IMG/VR virus record: IMGVR_UViG_3300037515_000879
Coordinates: 1 to 64,000 of that record
Reading direction: 5' to 3' (one strand)
From: a virus
Taxonomy: Duplodnaviria > Caudoviricetes
Length of the DNA stretch: 64,000 nt
The notes below the pieces were generated by a model. That model searched no databases. It worked only from the letters and a program-made list of their open reading frames with translations, and was not told where the DNA came from. Each line of letters begins with the position of its first letter. The stretch's first letter is position 1. Positions 37,447 through 45,706 of this stretch are shown here, in pieces. The position numbers were made by a program, and so were the translations under genes.

Positions 37447-37642
37447 AAATAAAAATTTGAAAATATATTATACCTATGGCCATTATTTGGAATATGAGGA
37501 ATGGTCTGAAATGTTTGCAGATGAAATAGATATGGAGCTTATAAATATTGGAGCTAACAATGAATTGGATTTTAATCCAGAAAGGGAGTATGAAAAAAGA
37601 TACCAAATATATTTAGAGGTATATTATAATTCTCGTGTTTAA
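37439..37642 (+). CDS. Small acidic protein
   Basis: MDKNKNL...YEEWSEMFADEIDMEL...DFNPEREYE. Confidence 0.6.
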   Translation: MDKNKNLKIYYTYGHYLEYEEWSEMFADEIDMELINIGANNELDFNPEREYEKRYQIYLEVYYNSRV

Positions 37643-37652
37643 ATTAAAAATT

Positions 37653-38165
37653 ATGAAACAATTATTAGTTATCCCTCTAATGCTAATAGGATTATTGGGA
37701 ACATCACAAAATGGATTCCGTATTCCGGATGATGAACATGCCATCTTTAGTGTATATGCAGATTATGCTGACAGTAAAGTCAATGGATATGGCCCCAATA
37801 TAGGGGCTGAATTTGGTTATTCTGGATTTGTGGAAGCCAAGGTTGGATTTGAAACGTTTCCACAATTGTATGGTGGCTATATAGATGTACATGGTGCAAT
37901 AGGATTTAAAATGGTACACGGCCTTTGGGAACAATGGAATTATTATGCTGGTATTCGTGCCATAGTGGTATGGCGCGGTGGAGAAGGCGCGTGGAGAGCC
38001 CAGCCAGGCATTGAAGGACAAATAACGTATGACCTCAATGACTGGTTTGGGATTGGACTTCGTGGAACCTATGATAAACGCTATGATATGGAAATATTTG
38101 ATTGGCCTGTAAAAAATGTGGCCAGTGCATATTTGATAATAATATTTAAGCTTAAAAGACAATAA
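37653..38165 (+). CDS. Outer-membrane beta-barrel protein (about 8 strands)
   Basis: Signal peptide MKQLLVIPLMLIGLLG; alternating aromatic/Gly strands (GAEFGY, YYAGIR, IGLRGTY); C-terminal AYLIIIFKL. Confidence 0.75.
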   Translation: MKQLLVIPLMLIGLLGTSQNGFRIPDDEHAIFSVYADYADSKVNGYGPNIGAEFGYSGFVEAKVGFETFPQLYGGYIDVHGAIGFKMVHGLWEQWNYYAGIRAIVVWRGGEGAWRAQPGIEGQITYDLNDWFGIGLRGTYDKRYDMEIFDWPVKNVASAYLIIIFKLKRQ

Positions 38166-38167
38166 AG

Positions 38168-38443
38168 ATGGAAGAAGAATTTGAAATGCCTACACCCTGT
38201 CAAAAATGCGGTGAAATATTTGACCTGAATGATGGCACAGGTTCAGTTAAATGGTTTCCAAACACTGTAATTTGTCAAAAATGCGGTGATGAGGAAGAAA
38301 AAGAAATTGAACGAGATGAGGAAATTGAGGACTTAAAAAGCCAAATTGATGATGCAAATTACACCATCAAAGAAGCTCGTTCAAGATTAATGGAATTAGG
38401 CGTAGATGTTCCTTCTTTAAGAGTTCATACACCTGATTATTAA
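38168..38443 (+). CDS. CxxC-CxxC zinc-ribbon plus acidic coiled coil
   Basis: CQKCG...CQKCG. Confidence 0.7.
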   Translation: MEEEFEMPTPCQKCGEIFDLNDGTGSVKWFPNTVICQKCGDEEEKEIERDEEIEDLKSQIDDANYTIKEARSRLMELGVDVPSLRVHTPDY

Positions 38444-38471
38444 AGGTGCGGTGGCAGGGATAAATTATTTC

Positions 38472-38603
38472 TGCTAACGTTAAAATATATGATTAGTAGT
38501 CGTAAATAAGCGACTAAATATCGAATTAAAACTAAGTTATTAAACACTTAATAGCCTTTAAAATAAGCACGACACAGGCTATTAATTATATATAGTGTTG
38601 TGA
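38472..38603 (+). mobile_element. attC-like site A
   Basis: TGCTAAC-6 nt-15-bp arm (38485-38499) pairing with 38579-38593-3 nt-GTTGTGA. Confidence 0.7.
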
Positions 38604-38613
38604 AACGTTTTTT

Positions 38614-38901
38614 ATGAGAACTTACAAAAATGAATTAGAAGTAATTGCAAACGATTTACTTACTCAAAATGCAGAAGCAAAAGGTAATGAAAACAAGCCG
38701 AATTATACTAACAGAGAATTTATGAATGCTGTTATTATTTTCCAAACTGCATTAATGGATAAAATGTATGATAACCAAGACTATGACAAAATGGATGTTG
38801 AAAATCGTTTTAAAATGGCTGAGAGTTGCGGATTAGATTTACGCAAATTAATACACACTTACACAGGTTTAGATACTCATAAATTCGAGGACTTTCTGTA
38901 A
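38614..38901 (+). CDS. Cassette gene 1, hypothetical
   Basis: Sits between GTTGTG and CACAAC core sites. Confidence 0.8.
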   Translation: MRTYKNELEVIANDLLTQNAEAKGNENKPNYTNREFMNAVIIFQTALMDKMYDNQDYDKMDVENRFKMAESCGLDLRKLIHTYTGLDTHKFEDFL

Positions 38902-38906
38902 ATGTT

Positions 38907-38999
38907 GCACAACGTAAAGTATAAGGTGAGAAGCCACACCTGAAATTTGGCTATTAAACACAAACCTTAGATGGCTTTTCACTTTATACAGTGTTACCC
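38907..38999 (+). mobile_element. attC-like site B
   Basis: GCACAAC-5 nt-18-bp arm (38919-38936) pairing with 38972-38989-3 nt-GTTACCC. Confidence 0.75.
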
Positions 39000-39021
39000 A
39001 TCTTTTAAAAATGGCGGACAA

Positions 39022-39321
39022 ATGAAAGCTAAATATGAACAAATTGATGGAGTTGGTTATCTCACTTTTAAAGTAACCGAAGAAATGGGATTGATGAAAT
39101 TGCCTGTAATTACTAAAAGAATAAGGCAAGGAACAAATGCTTGGACTTGGAATGGTGATTTGGATAAGCCAACATTAAGACCAAGCGTAAGAACTGGTTA
39201 TTACAACGGCAAAGAAATGACGGAAATACATTATTGGCTTAATGACGGAATAGCTGATTGCTTGGGCGACTGCAAAGACGGAAATGCTGGTAAGAAACTA
39301 CCTTTATTAGAACTCGAATAG
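39022..39321 (+). CDS. Cassette gene 2, DUF6527-like
   Basis: WTWNGDLDKPTLRPSV...H....DG...CLGDC...AG; the in-frame ATG at 39022 follows site B. Confidence 0.7.
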   Translation: MKAKYEQIDGVGYLTFKVTEEMGLMKLPVITKRIRQGTNAWTWNGDLDKPTLRPSVRTGYYNGKEMTEIHYWLNDGIADCLGDCKDGNAGKKLPLLELE

Positions 39322-39338
39322 TAGCCATTTTTTATTGT

Positions 39339-39556
39339 GGGTAACGTTTACGGGTATGTTGTCGGTTTTTTACGGAATAAATAAAATATAATTATGAAAA
39401 CAACAAGTGAAGTATTTAAAGAAGTGCTGATAGAATTAGGTTTTGCAGGATATAAACCAAGCCAAATGACTAACAGCGATTATTGGTTATGCACTACAAC
39501 TGCTATGGAACGGTATGCTAAATTAGTAAAAAACTGCAATATACCCGATGTTAGCA
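39339..39556 (+). mobile_element. attC-like site C with a coding loop
   Basis: GGGTAAC-5 nt-CGGGTATGTTGT pairing with GCAATATACCCG-2 nt-GTTAGCA; the loop contains the ATG at 39394. Confidence 0.7.
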
Positions 39557-39708
39557 AATCGTTGCCGATTAAGAAATACGAAATTGATTTTGACGGCAAT
39601 GTATTGGCAGGGATAGAAATATCTGAAAACACACCGAAAGTATTTGGGGCAATGAATGGTTACGGCAATGGTATTAGTATCGAAAATATCAAAATTACCG
39701 AGAAGTAA
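39394..39708 (+). CDS. Chimeric cassette gene spanning site C
   Basis: Codon 53 (GTT, Val) is the site C core: ...KNCNIPD|VSKSLP... Confidence 0.75.
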   Translation: MKTTSEVFKEVLIELGFAGYKPSQMTNSDYWLCTTTAMERYAKLVKNCNIPDVSKSLPIKKYEIDFDGNVLAGIEISENTPKVFGAMNGYGNGISIENIKITEK

Positions 39709-39715
39709 GGCAATG

Positions 39716-39741
39716 TTTGGTAACAAGTGGATATATATACC
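39716..39741 (+). mobile_element. attC-like half site D (left arm only)
   Basis: TTTGGTAAC complements GTTAGCAAA of site C at 8/9, followed by 9 nt then TAT as in sites A and C; no right arm found. Confidence 0.5.
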
Positions 39742-39772
39742 ATTACACTATATTAACAAATAAATTGAAATT

Positions 39773-40201
39773 ATGATTTGGATATGTAAATGGTTCAAAA
39801 AAAGAACTAAAAAAAAAATTATGGTTGTTGAAACTAATATCGAGGAAATGACAATATCGGAGCTTGTTTTCTGTCTTGAAGTTAATTCATATAGAAGAAA
39901 GCTTGGTCTAAATGAGCTTGAGCTTAATGGACATTTATTGACTTTAGCCAAACATAGAATGGCTTATTGGACAACAAACGATATTAAAAAAAATTTGCAT
40001 TTTGAATTTTTTGGAGACAGAAAACCATATCTTGAAAACGGATTCAAATTGGTTTTGGAGCTTGCCAATTATGGCATTGTCAATGATTTTGAGTCTTTCA
40101 AAAAAAGCCCCGAACATAATGAAGGGATATTGATTAAAGAACTCAAATATATTGCAGTATCGATGAAAGGAAATTGGTGCTGTGTAATCCTTGGTTATTA
40201 A
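39773..40201 (+). CDS. CAP/SCP-domain protein
   Basis: VNSYRRKLGLNEL...L...AKH...H..F..R...SPEHNEGIL...IAV. Confidence 0.75.
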   Translation: MIWICKWFKKRTKKKIMVVETNIEEMTISELVFCLEVNSYRRKLGLNELELNGHLLTLAKHRMAYWTTNDIKKNLHFEFFGDRKPYLENGFKLVLELANYGIVNDFESFKKSPEHNEGILIKELKYIAVSMKGNWCCVILGY

Positions 40202-40339
40202 AAAAACTTATTTTAAGCCCTTTTAACGCGTTTTATTATTTTTAGATACTAGACCATCAAAATAAAGAGAAGTCTTTAAAACGCTATATATCTACAATAA
40301 GCCAGACCTGTTTTTGTATAATCCTAAAACAGATAAATT

Positions 40340-40459
40340 ATGGAATCAAAAATCGATTTAAAAAAAAGTATTGAAAATTATCATTCTGATAGTTTTTATT
40401 TGATAAGTCCGGATGGATTTTCAATAGCTCATGAAAAACAAAACAAAGAAAATACATAA
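40340..40459 (+). CDS. 39-aa hypothetical protein
   Basis: MESKIDLKKSIENYHSDSF...; below the track cutoff. Confidence 0.4.
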   Translation: MESKIDLKKSIENYHSDSFYLISPDGFSIAHEKQNKENT

Positions 40460-40461
40460 CC

Positions 40462-40578
40462 ATGAATCTTAATGTAATAATACCTGAAAAATGGAACCCT
40501 GAATGCAAAAAATCTTTTAATAAATGGATTAACAGGGTACATACCGAGGTTAAAAAAAAGAAAATTAAAAAATCATGA
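40462..40578 (+). CDS. 38-aa basic hypothetical protein
   Basis: MNLNVIIPEKWNPECKKSFNKWINRVH...; ATGA-coupled to radC. Confidence 0.45.
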   Translation: MNLNVIIPEKWNPECKKSFNKWINRVHTEVKKKKIKKS

Positions 40579-41039
40579 TTGAATATAAAACCGATTTACC
40601 ACAATTTCATTTGGTAAAAGAAAAATCTGATTTTAAACGTGTAAAAATAACATGTTCAAGAGATGCTGCAGAATATGCCCATAATTTTTACGGGTTTGAT
40701 ATAGAATTATTTGAAAGCTTTTTTATCATGCTTTTAAACAATTCAAACAATACCATTGGTTATGTAAAAATATCTCAAGGTGGTATTGTTGGAACTATCG
40801 TTGATGTTAGGATTGTTGCAAAATATGCTGTGGAATCTTTGTCAACTGGAATTATTTTGGTACACAATCATCCAAGTGGAAATTTAAAACCAAGCCAACC
40901 AGATATTGACCTTACCAAAAAAATAAAAGAAGGTTTAAAAATACTGGATGTAACTGTTTTGGATCATATAATAATAATTCCAATTGAAAAAAACGAAAAT
41001 ATAAAATATACCAGTCTTTGTGATGATGGATTAATGTAA
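40575..41039 (+). CDS. radC: RadC-like JAB domain protein
   Basis: ESFFIMLLNNSN, GGIVGTIVDVRIV, HNHPSGNLKPSQPD, VLDHII. Confidence 0.92.
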   Translation: MIEYKTDLPQFHLVKEKSDFKRVKITCSRDAAEYAHNFYGFDIELFESFFIMLLNNSNNTIGYVKISQGGIVGTIVDVRIVAKYAVESLSTGIILVHNHPSGNLKPSQPDIDLTKKIKEGLKILDVTVLDHIIIIPIEKNENIKYTSLCDDGLM

Positions 41040-41050
41040 AAATATTTGAT

Positions 41051-41308
41051 ATGATAACAAACGCTATTAATACAGTAATAAATTATAATTATTTCTGTAT
41101 GAATTACAGTCATAAATTTATTCACGAATGTTGGAAAGGGAATGATGTTCTCATACAACATCTTGAAATGAAATTCAATGATATTTATTTAAGAAGAGGA
41201 ACTGCAACAATGCCGTTCTTTTTTGTAGAATTGGACAGGGAAAATCAAAAAAAATTGACCAAGTGGATTAATGAAAATCATGTAGCATTTAAAGAACTTG
41301 AATTATGA
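41051..41308 (+). CDS. Hypothetical protein
   Basis: Operon fit. Confidence 0.65.
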   Translation: MITNAINTVINYNYFCMNYSHKFIHECWKGNDVLIQHLEMKFNDIYLRRGTATMPFFFVELDRENQKKLTKWINENHVAFKELEL

Positions 41309-41517
41309 AAAAAACATTTAATTATGTTGAAATAACCCTTGGTATCGTAGAGGCTGAAGATCTTGAAGATGCTATGGCTGTTGTTGAACATGGGTTTGGA
41401 CCCAATATTGGACACACTACATATGAAGTGTTTAATCCTGATGATGATCCAAAATTTTGGGGAAACCTAGAGATTGATACTGTAAAGGAACTTAAATCCA
41501 AAATCGAAAAATTATGA
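41305..41517 (+). CDS. Small protein, DpnD/PcfM-like motif
   Basis: IVEAEDLEDAMAVV. Confidence 0.45.
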   Translation: MKKTFNYVEITLGIVEAEDLEDAMAVVEHGFGPNIGHTTYEVFNPDDDPKFWGNLEIDTVKELKSKIEKL

Positions 41518-42398
41518 GTGTTTATGAAATAATAACTGACGAAATAATTAAAAGACTTGAATCTGGTGTTGTTCCTTGGCAAAAGCCTGTAAGAGGAATG
41601 ATATTGCCACCAATGAATTTCAAATCAAAAAAACGTTATCGTGGTGTCAATTGCCTTTTGTTGTCAAATAAAGAATCTATGAGCCCTTATTGGCTTACAT
41701 ATAACCAAGCCAAGGAACTTGATGGTGAAATTACAAAAGGAAGTAAGGGAACCCGTATAGTTTTTTCGAAATTGATTGAAAAAGAAAAAAATAATGAAAT
41801 TGTTAAGGTTCCGATATTTAGATATTCATACGTTTTTAATCTTAATCAAATTAAAAACATAGAATGTCCATATAAAAAAGAGTTGGACAGTTTTGGTGAT
41901 TTTGAATATATTGAAAATTGTCAAAATTTGTTATCAAGATTGGATGAAGAGAAAAAAATTCCTAAAATTGAGGAAGTTTATGACAAAAGAATTGCTTGTT
42001 ATAATGTCAGCAAGGATATTATTTTTACTATTCCTAAAAAACATTATGTTACTTCCGAAAAATATTATTCGGTAATGTTTCATGAGATTATTCATTCAAC
42101 AGGACATCTTTCAAGATTAAATAGAATAACCTTGACAGAAAATAAAGACGAAAATTATGCCAAAGAAGAATTGGTGGCAGAAATAGGCGCTTCTTTTTTG
42201 TGCGGTGTTACCGGTATTATAACTGATACTATTGAAAATAGTTCTGCATATATTGATAATTGGTTGAAAAGAATCAGGAATGATAAAACTTTAGTTATAA
42301 CAGCAGCCAGTAAAGCACAGGAAGCCGTTGATTGGCTTAATGTTTATGATGATTCTATTGATAGTGAAATATTAATACAAGGTGAAAGAAATGGATAA
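41514..42398 (+). CDS. ardC: ArdC-like ssDNA-binding/zincin anti-restriction protein
   Basis: LESGVVPWQKP, YRGVNCLLL, WLTYNQAKE, FHEIIHSTGH..RLNR, YAKEELVAEIGA. Confidence 0.92.
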   Translation: MSVYEIITDEIIKRLESGVVPWQKPVRGMILPPMNFKSKKRYRGVNCLLLSNKESMSPYWLTYNQAKELDGEITKGSKGTRIVFSKLIEKEKNNEIVKVPIFRYSYVFNLNQIKNIECPYKKELDSFGDFEYIENCQNLLSRLDEEKKIPKIEEVYDKRIACYNVSKDIIFTIPKKHYVTSEKYYSVMFHEIIHSTGHLSRLNRITLTENKDENYAKEELVAEIGASFLCGVTGIITDTIENSSAYIDNWLKRIRNDKTLVITAASKAQEAVDWLNVYDDSIDSEILIQGERNG

Positions 42399-42657
42399 AA
42401 GAGAGCTTAAATATATTGGAATTGACTTTTGGTCAAAACCGATGTTTAAGGACAATAAAGGATTTTATTTCTGTTGTCTTAACAAATTGTTCAAAGATGG
42501 AGCGTCTTTTGAAGAAGTTACAAAAACGGTTACTGAAAAAGACATTGTTTATCACGGAACGAATTATGATGATGACTCTATGGGCACTCCCCTTAAACCT
42601 GAAAGGATAAAATTTGTTAAGGATTTTACCGAAAACAACGGGTTTAATAAAGAATAA
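42382..42657 (+). CDS. Hypothetical protein
   Basis: GIDFWSKPMFKD motif; operon fit. Confidence 0.65.
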   Translation: MKEMDKRELKYIGIDFWSKPMFKDNKGFYFCCLNKLFKDGASFEEVTKTVTEKDIVYHGTNYDDDSMGTPLKPERIKFVKDFTENNGFNKE

Positions 42658-42671
42658 AGTGGATAGATTTT

Positions 42672-42938
42672 ATGGAATATGAAAAGATAATATTATTTGA
42701 ATTTGAATGTTCCTGTACAAACATTTCTAAAAAGAAATGGGATATGCTTATGTTTGATGCCAAAAAAGCAAATGGCCCAAAAATAAGGAAATTGATCAAA
42801 AAACATATCCCCGAACTTTATTATGACCTTGGATTGGAATTTTATAATCCTTATGAAGAACATTCAAAAAAGACAAAAACACATTTGATTTACCTTCATT
42901 CTGGTATAGAATATTTTTTTAGGTATCAAATGGGTTAA
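42672..42938 (+). CDS. Hypothetical protein
   Basis: Conserved-looking C-terminal HLIYLHSGIEYFF. Confidence 0.65.
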   Translation: MEYEKIILFEFECSCTNISKKKWDMLMFDAKKANGPKIRKLIKKHIPELYYDLGLEFYNPYEEHSKKTKTHLIYLHSGIEYFFRYQMG

Positions 42939-43210
42939 AATCCTAAATTAGTTCTTGCAAATGTTTTCCAAGTAGCTATGGTATATGCTGCATTAGTTCC
43001 ATCCACAACATTAGCACCAATCGGTTGTGATGGCCAATTTTGATGTACTTGTTCTTGTGGTGCAATGTTCACAATTTTGATTACACTATTTTTTTCGAGT
43101 TCTGAAACATCATAATAAACAAGTCTTTTTGGTGTTTCTGCAATTGTTTCAAGTGTAACAGTATCATGCATAACAAGTGCTTGGTTTATAAGTTCGATTT
43201 TAATGGCCAT
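42935..43210 (-). CDS. Small capsid-decoration/head-fibre-like protein, lone minus-strand gene
   Basis: Own TAAATTTG box at 43233-43240; C-terminal YTIATWKTFARTNLGF. Confidence 0.5.
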   Translation of the reverse strand: MAIKIELINQALVMHDTVTLETIAETPKRLVYYDVSELEKNSVIKIVNIAPQEQVHQNWPSQPIGANVVDGTNAAYTIATWKTFARTNLGF

Positions 43211-43259
43211 GATGTTAAAATTTTGATTTGAACAAATTTAATTAAAAATAATTAATTCA

Positions 43260-43421
43260 ATGAAAAAGACAATAAAAGTAATGGCATCTATAAAATATCT
43301 TAACGGTGGATGTCAAGTGCTTAATCTTAAATTTAAAGACGAAAAAGCCTATAATGATTGGTTTGACAAACATAATCGTGACCATCGTAACGGCAAAATA
43401 ATAGGCGTGATAAAAACTTGA
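43260..43421 (+). CDS. 53-aa hypothetical protein
   Basis: MKKTIKVMASIKYLNGG...; below the track cutoff. Confidence 0.5.
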   Translation: MKKTIKVMASIKYLNGGCQVLNLKFKDEKAYNDWFDKHNRDHRNGKIIGVIKT

Positions 43422-43425
43422 TATT

Positions 43426-43740
43426 ATGACAACACATATTCATTGGGAACAAGCAGTAACGCAGTTCAAACATCAAAAAGAAGAAGATTTGGTGGAAGCC
43501 AAACGTATCATTGAGGAAATAGAACGTTCAAATTTTGAGGTTCTGGACTCAAATGATGTACACTGGTATGCTTCAACATTGAACGAATTGGTTGAACGTG
43601 TAGATGAAAACGGAAAACCAAATCCTTATACAGCAAATGAAATCAGAAGAATAAATATGAAGGCCAAAGGCTTGAATTCTTTTGATTTTATGCATACTTT
43701 TATCGATGATGAAACAGATGATATTATCGATTTTTATTAA
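43426..43740 (+). CDS. Hypothetical protein
   Basis: Operon fit. Confidence 0.65.
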   Translation: MTTHIHWEQAVTQFKHQKEEDLVEAKRIIEEIERSNFEVLDSNDVHWYASTLNELVERVDENGKPNPYTANEIRRINMKAKGLNSFDFMHTFIDDETDDIIDFY

Positions 43741-43773
43741 CTTTTAATTTTTTATTAACTAAATTTTTTTATT

Positions 43774-45315
43774 ATGACAAAAGTAGATTATCTCGACATG
43801 AGGGGCTTTGACCCTGATGATTGGACAGTAATGAAAAAGGAAGAAGCTTCTTTCTTTCTCGACAAAAAAGGGGCAGTAAACATGATGTATGACATTAAAG
43901 AACGAAAAGCCATTGAGGTTTTTGGGGATAATGCATATATCGTGAATATCAAATGGACTGAAAAATATAAATCAGAAAGCCCAGGTGTTACTGAAAAACC
44001 TTTAACAGTTCCACCAGTACCTCAAGCACCATCCGTACAAACGGTTTCAAAGATTCCTGAAGTTCCAAAAGTTCCTGAAGTTCCTAAATCTGATCTTCCT
44101 AAAAAAAGCGGATTGCTTATTGCTAGAACATCTAAGCTTTTAAAAGAGGGATGGATTGATTCAGGTATTAGTATGGATCTTATTGGTGAATCCAATGAGG
44201 TATTAAAAACATTGTTTTATAAAGACATTGAAGATATGTCCAACGATCAATGGGATGAATATTTTATTGTTAAACAGGCTTCCGATGATCTGAACGTCAA
44301 CCTCGAAATGATTGATGAAGCTCAAATCAATCGTGAAGACAAAAGGGATTTGCCTTGGGAGAATTTCTTGTGTGATAAATATAATAACACAGGAGAGGCT
44401 TGTAATGAACAATGTGATTTTTGCAAAAATGCCGAAGCAAAATTTGCAGTTTCCTTGTGTTCATCAAGTGTTTCATTTTTTGCTAATGAAACACTTGATG
44501 AACACAAGGAAACTGCAAAACAGAAGATTGAAAAAATCGTTGAAGCTTCCGGTGTTCCTAAAGAGAATATCATTATTGCTTCTGTTCCAAAAACAGAAGC
44601 TTTTAAGCCACAAAATATAGATAGTGGCAAAATAAAGCTTCGTACTTCACTTTTGTTGGGTGCTGGAATGGAACTTTCTGACGACAACTCAAATGTTTGG
44701 TGTGGTGGTCTTAAGATTGATATCAAAGATTTGGGTGATTTGTCATTTGATGACTTTTCGAATGTTCTGGAGCATGCAAAAGACTTGGTTTTTAAAGCAA
44801 AACAAAGTGAGTCCAAACAAAAAAAGGAATCTTCTAATGTTCCACTTAATGATGATGGTTCGGTCAATACGTCCGAAATGGAAGAGGCCGATGCCAGAGA
44901 AGCTATTATTGAACATCAAAAAACAGTAAGTGGTCCGGACGGAAAAGGAAAAGCCGTTGGAACCCTGACTGCGAAAAAATCTGCTAATATTGAAGACAAG
45001 TCCAATGTTGAAACAATCGAAAAGGAAGAACCTATTAAGGAAGAAGTAGTGGAAGAAAATAAAACCTCTACTAAAACAAAAAAATTTAAAAAAGAAAAAA
45101 TAAAAGAGGTTTCAGGTTCTGCCAGTTTACCTATTGTAGTTGCTTCGGAAGAAATGACTGAACAATTGATTCTTGTTGATAACATAGTAAAAACGTGTGT
45201 TACATTTAAAAACACGGCTTTTGCAATTGTTTCAATAAAAGAAATATTGGAGCTTGATGATGTTCCAGAAAGCAAATTGGAAAAAATCAATCTTTTAATT
45301 CAAAACCTTAAATAA
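43774..45315 (+). CDS. Large acidic, partly disordered protein
   Basis: VPEVPK repeats; E/K-rich C-terminus; one C-x3-C-x2-C cluster. Confidence 0.7.
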   Translation: MTKVDYLDMRGFDPDDWTVMKKEEASFFLDKKGAVNMMYDIKERKAIEVFGDNAYIVNIKWTEKYKSESPGVTEKPLTVPPVPQAPSVQTVSKIPEVPKVPEVPKSDLPKKSGLLIARTSKLLKEGWIDSGISMDLIGESNEVLKTLFYKDIEDMSNDQWDEYFIVKQASDDLNVNLEMIDEAQINREDKRDLPWENFLCDKYNNTGEACNEQCDFCKNAEAKFAVSLCSSSVSFFANETLDEHKETAKQKIEKIVEASGVPKENIIIASVPKTEAFKPQNIDSGKIKLRTSLLLGAGMELSDDNSNVWCGGLKIDIKDLGDLSFDDFSNVLEHAKDLVFKAKQSESKQKKESSNVPLNDDGSVNTSEMEEADAREAIIEHQKTVSGPDGKGKAVGTLTAKKSANIEDKSNVETIEKEEPIKEEVVEENKTSTKTKKFKKEKIKEVSGSASLPIVVASEEMTEQLILVDNIVKTCVTFKNTAFAIVSIKEILELDDVPESKLEKINLLIQNLK

Positions 45316-45494
45316 TGGAAACAACAAGTAGATTTAAAAATGTCATTGAAACGCACCTAAAATTTAGGGCGTTTCAAGACCCTTTGTTTGCAAAATCCTT
45401 AAAAAAGGAAAATAAAAATATCGATGATTGTGTTAAATACATATTGAACACTGTCAAAAACAGTGGTGTAAATGGTTTCGATGATAATGATTAA
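45315..45494 (+). pseudogene. Truncated PcfK-like gene
   Basis: FKNVIETHL..RA..DPLFA....KENKNIDDCVKYILNTVKNSGVNGF, then a stop before the usual MAVHYYDE segment. Confidence 0.6.
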
Positions 45495-45526
45495 ACTTGA
45501 AAATCAATTTGATAAACTTTAAAATT

Positions 45527-45706
45527 ATGGCAAATAACAAGAAACAATATCGGGTTACTTGGATTATAGAACTCGATGCATATAATGAATTGGATGCCGC
45601 ACAACTGGCTCTTGAAATACAAAGAGATTCAGGAAGTGAAGCGTTAAATTTTGAGGTAACCGAACTTGGGGCTGGAAACCTTGTCCATGTTGATTTAAAT
45701 GGATGA
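45527..45706 (+). CDS. Small conserved phage protein
   Basis: YRVTWIIELDAYNELDAAQLALEIQRD. Confidence 0.6.
   Translation: MANNKKQYRVTWIIELDAYNELDAAQLALEIQRDSGSEALNFEVTELGAGNLVHVDLNG

Noticed and set aside
38472-39745. CRISPR array interpretation of the spaced elements
   Set aside because: There are no conserved direct repeats; the elements are sequence-divergent inverted repeats separated by genes.
40285-40330. TATATATCTAC as the missing right arm of half site D
   Set aside because: It complements the left arm but is not followed by GTT at the expected spacing and lies over 500 nt away.
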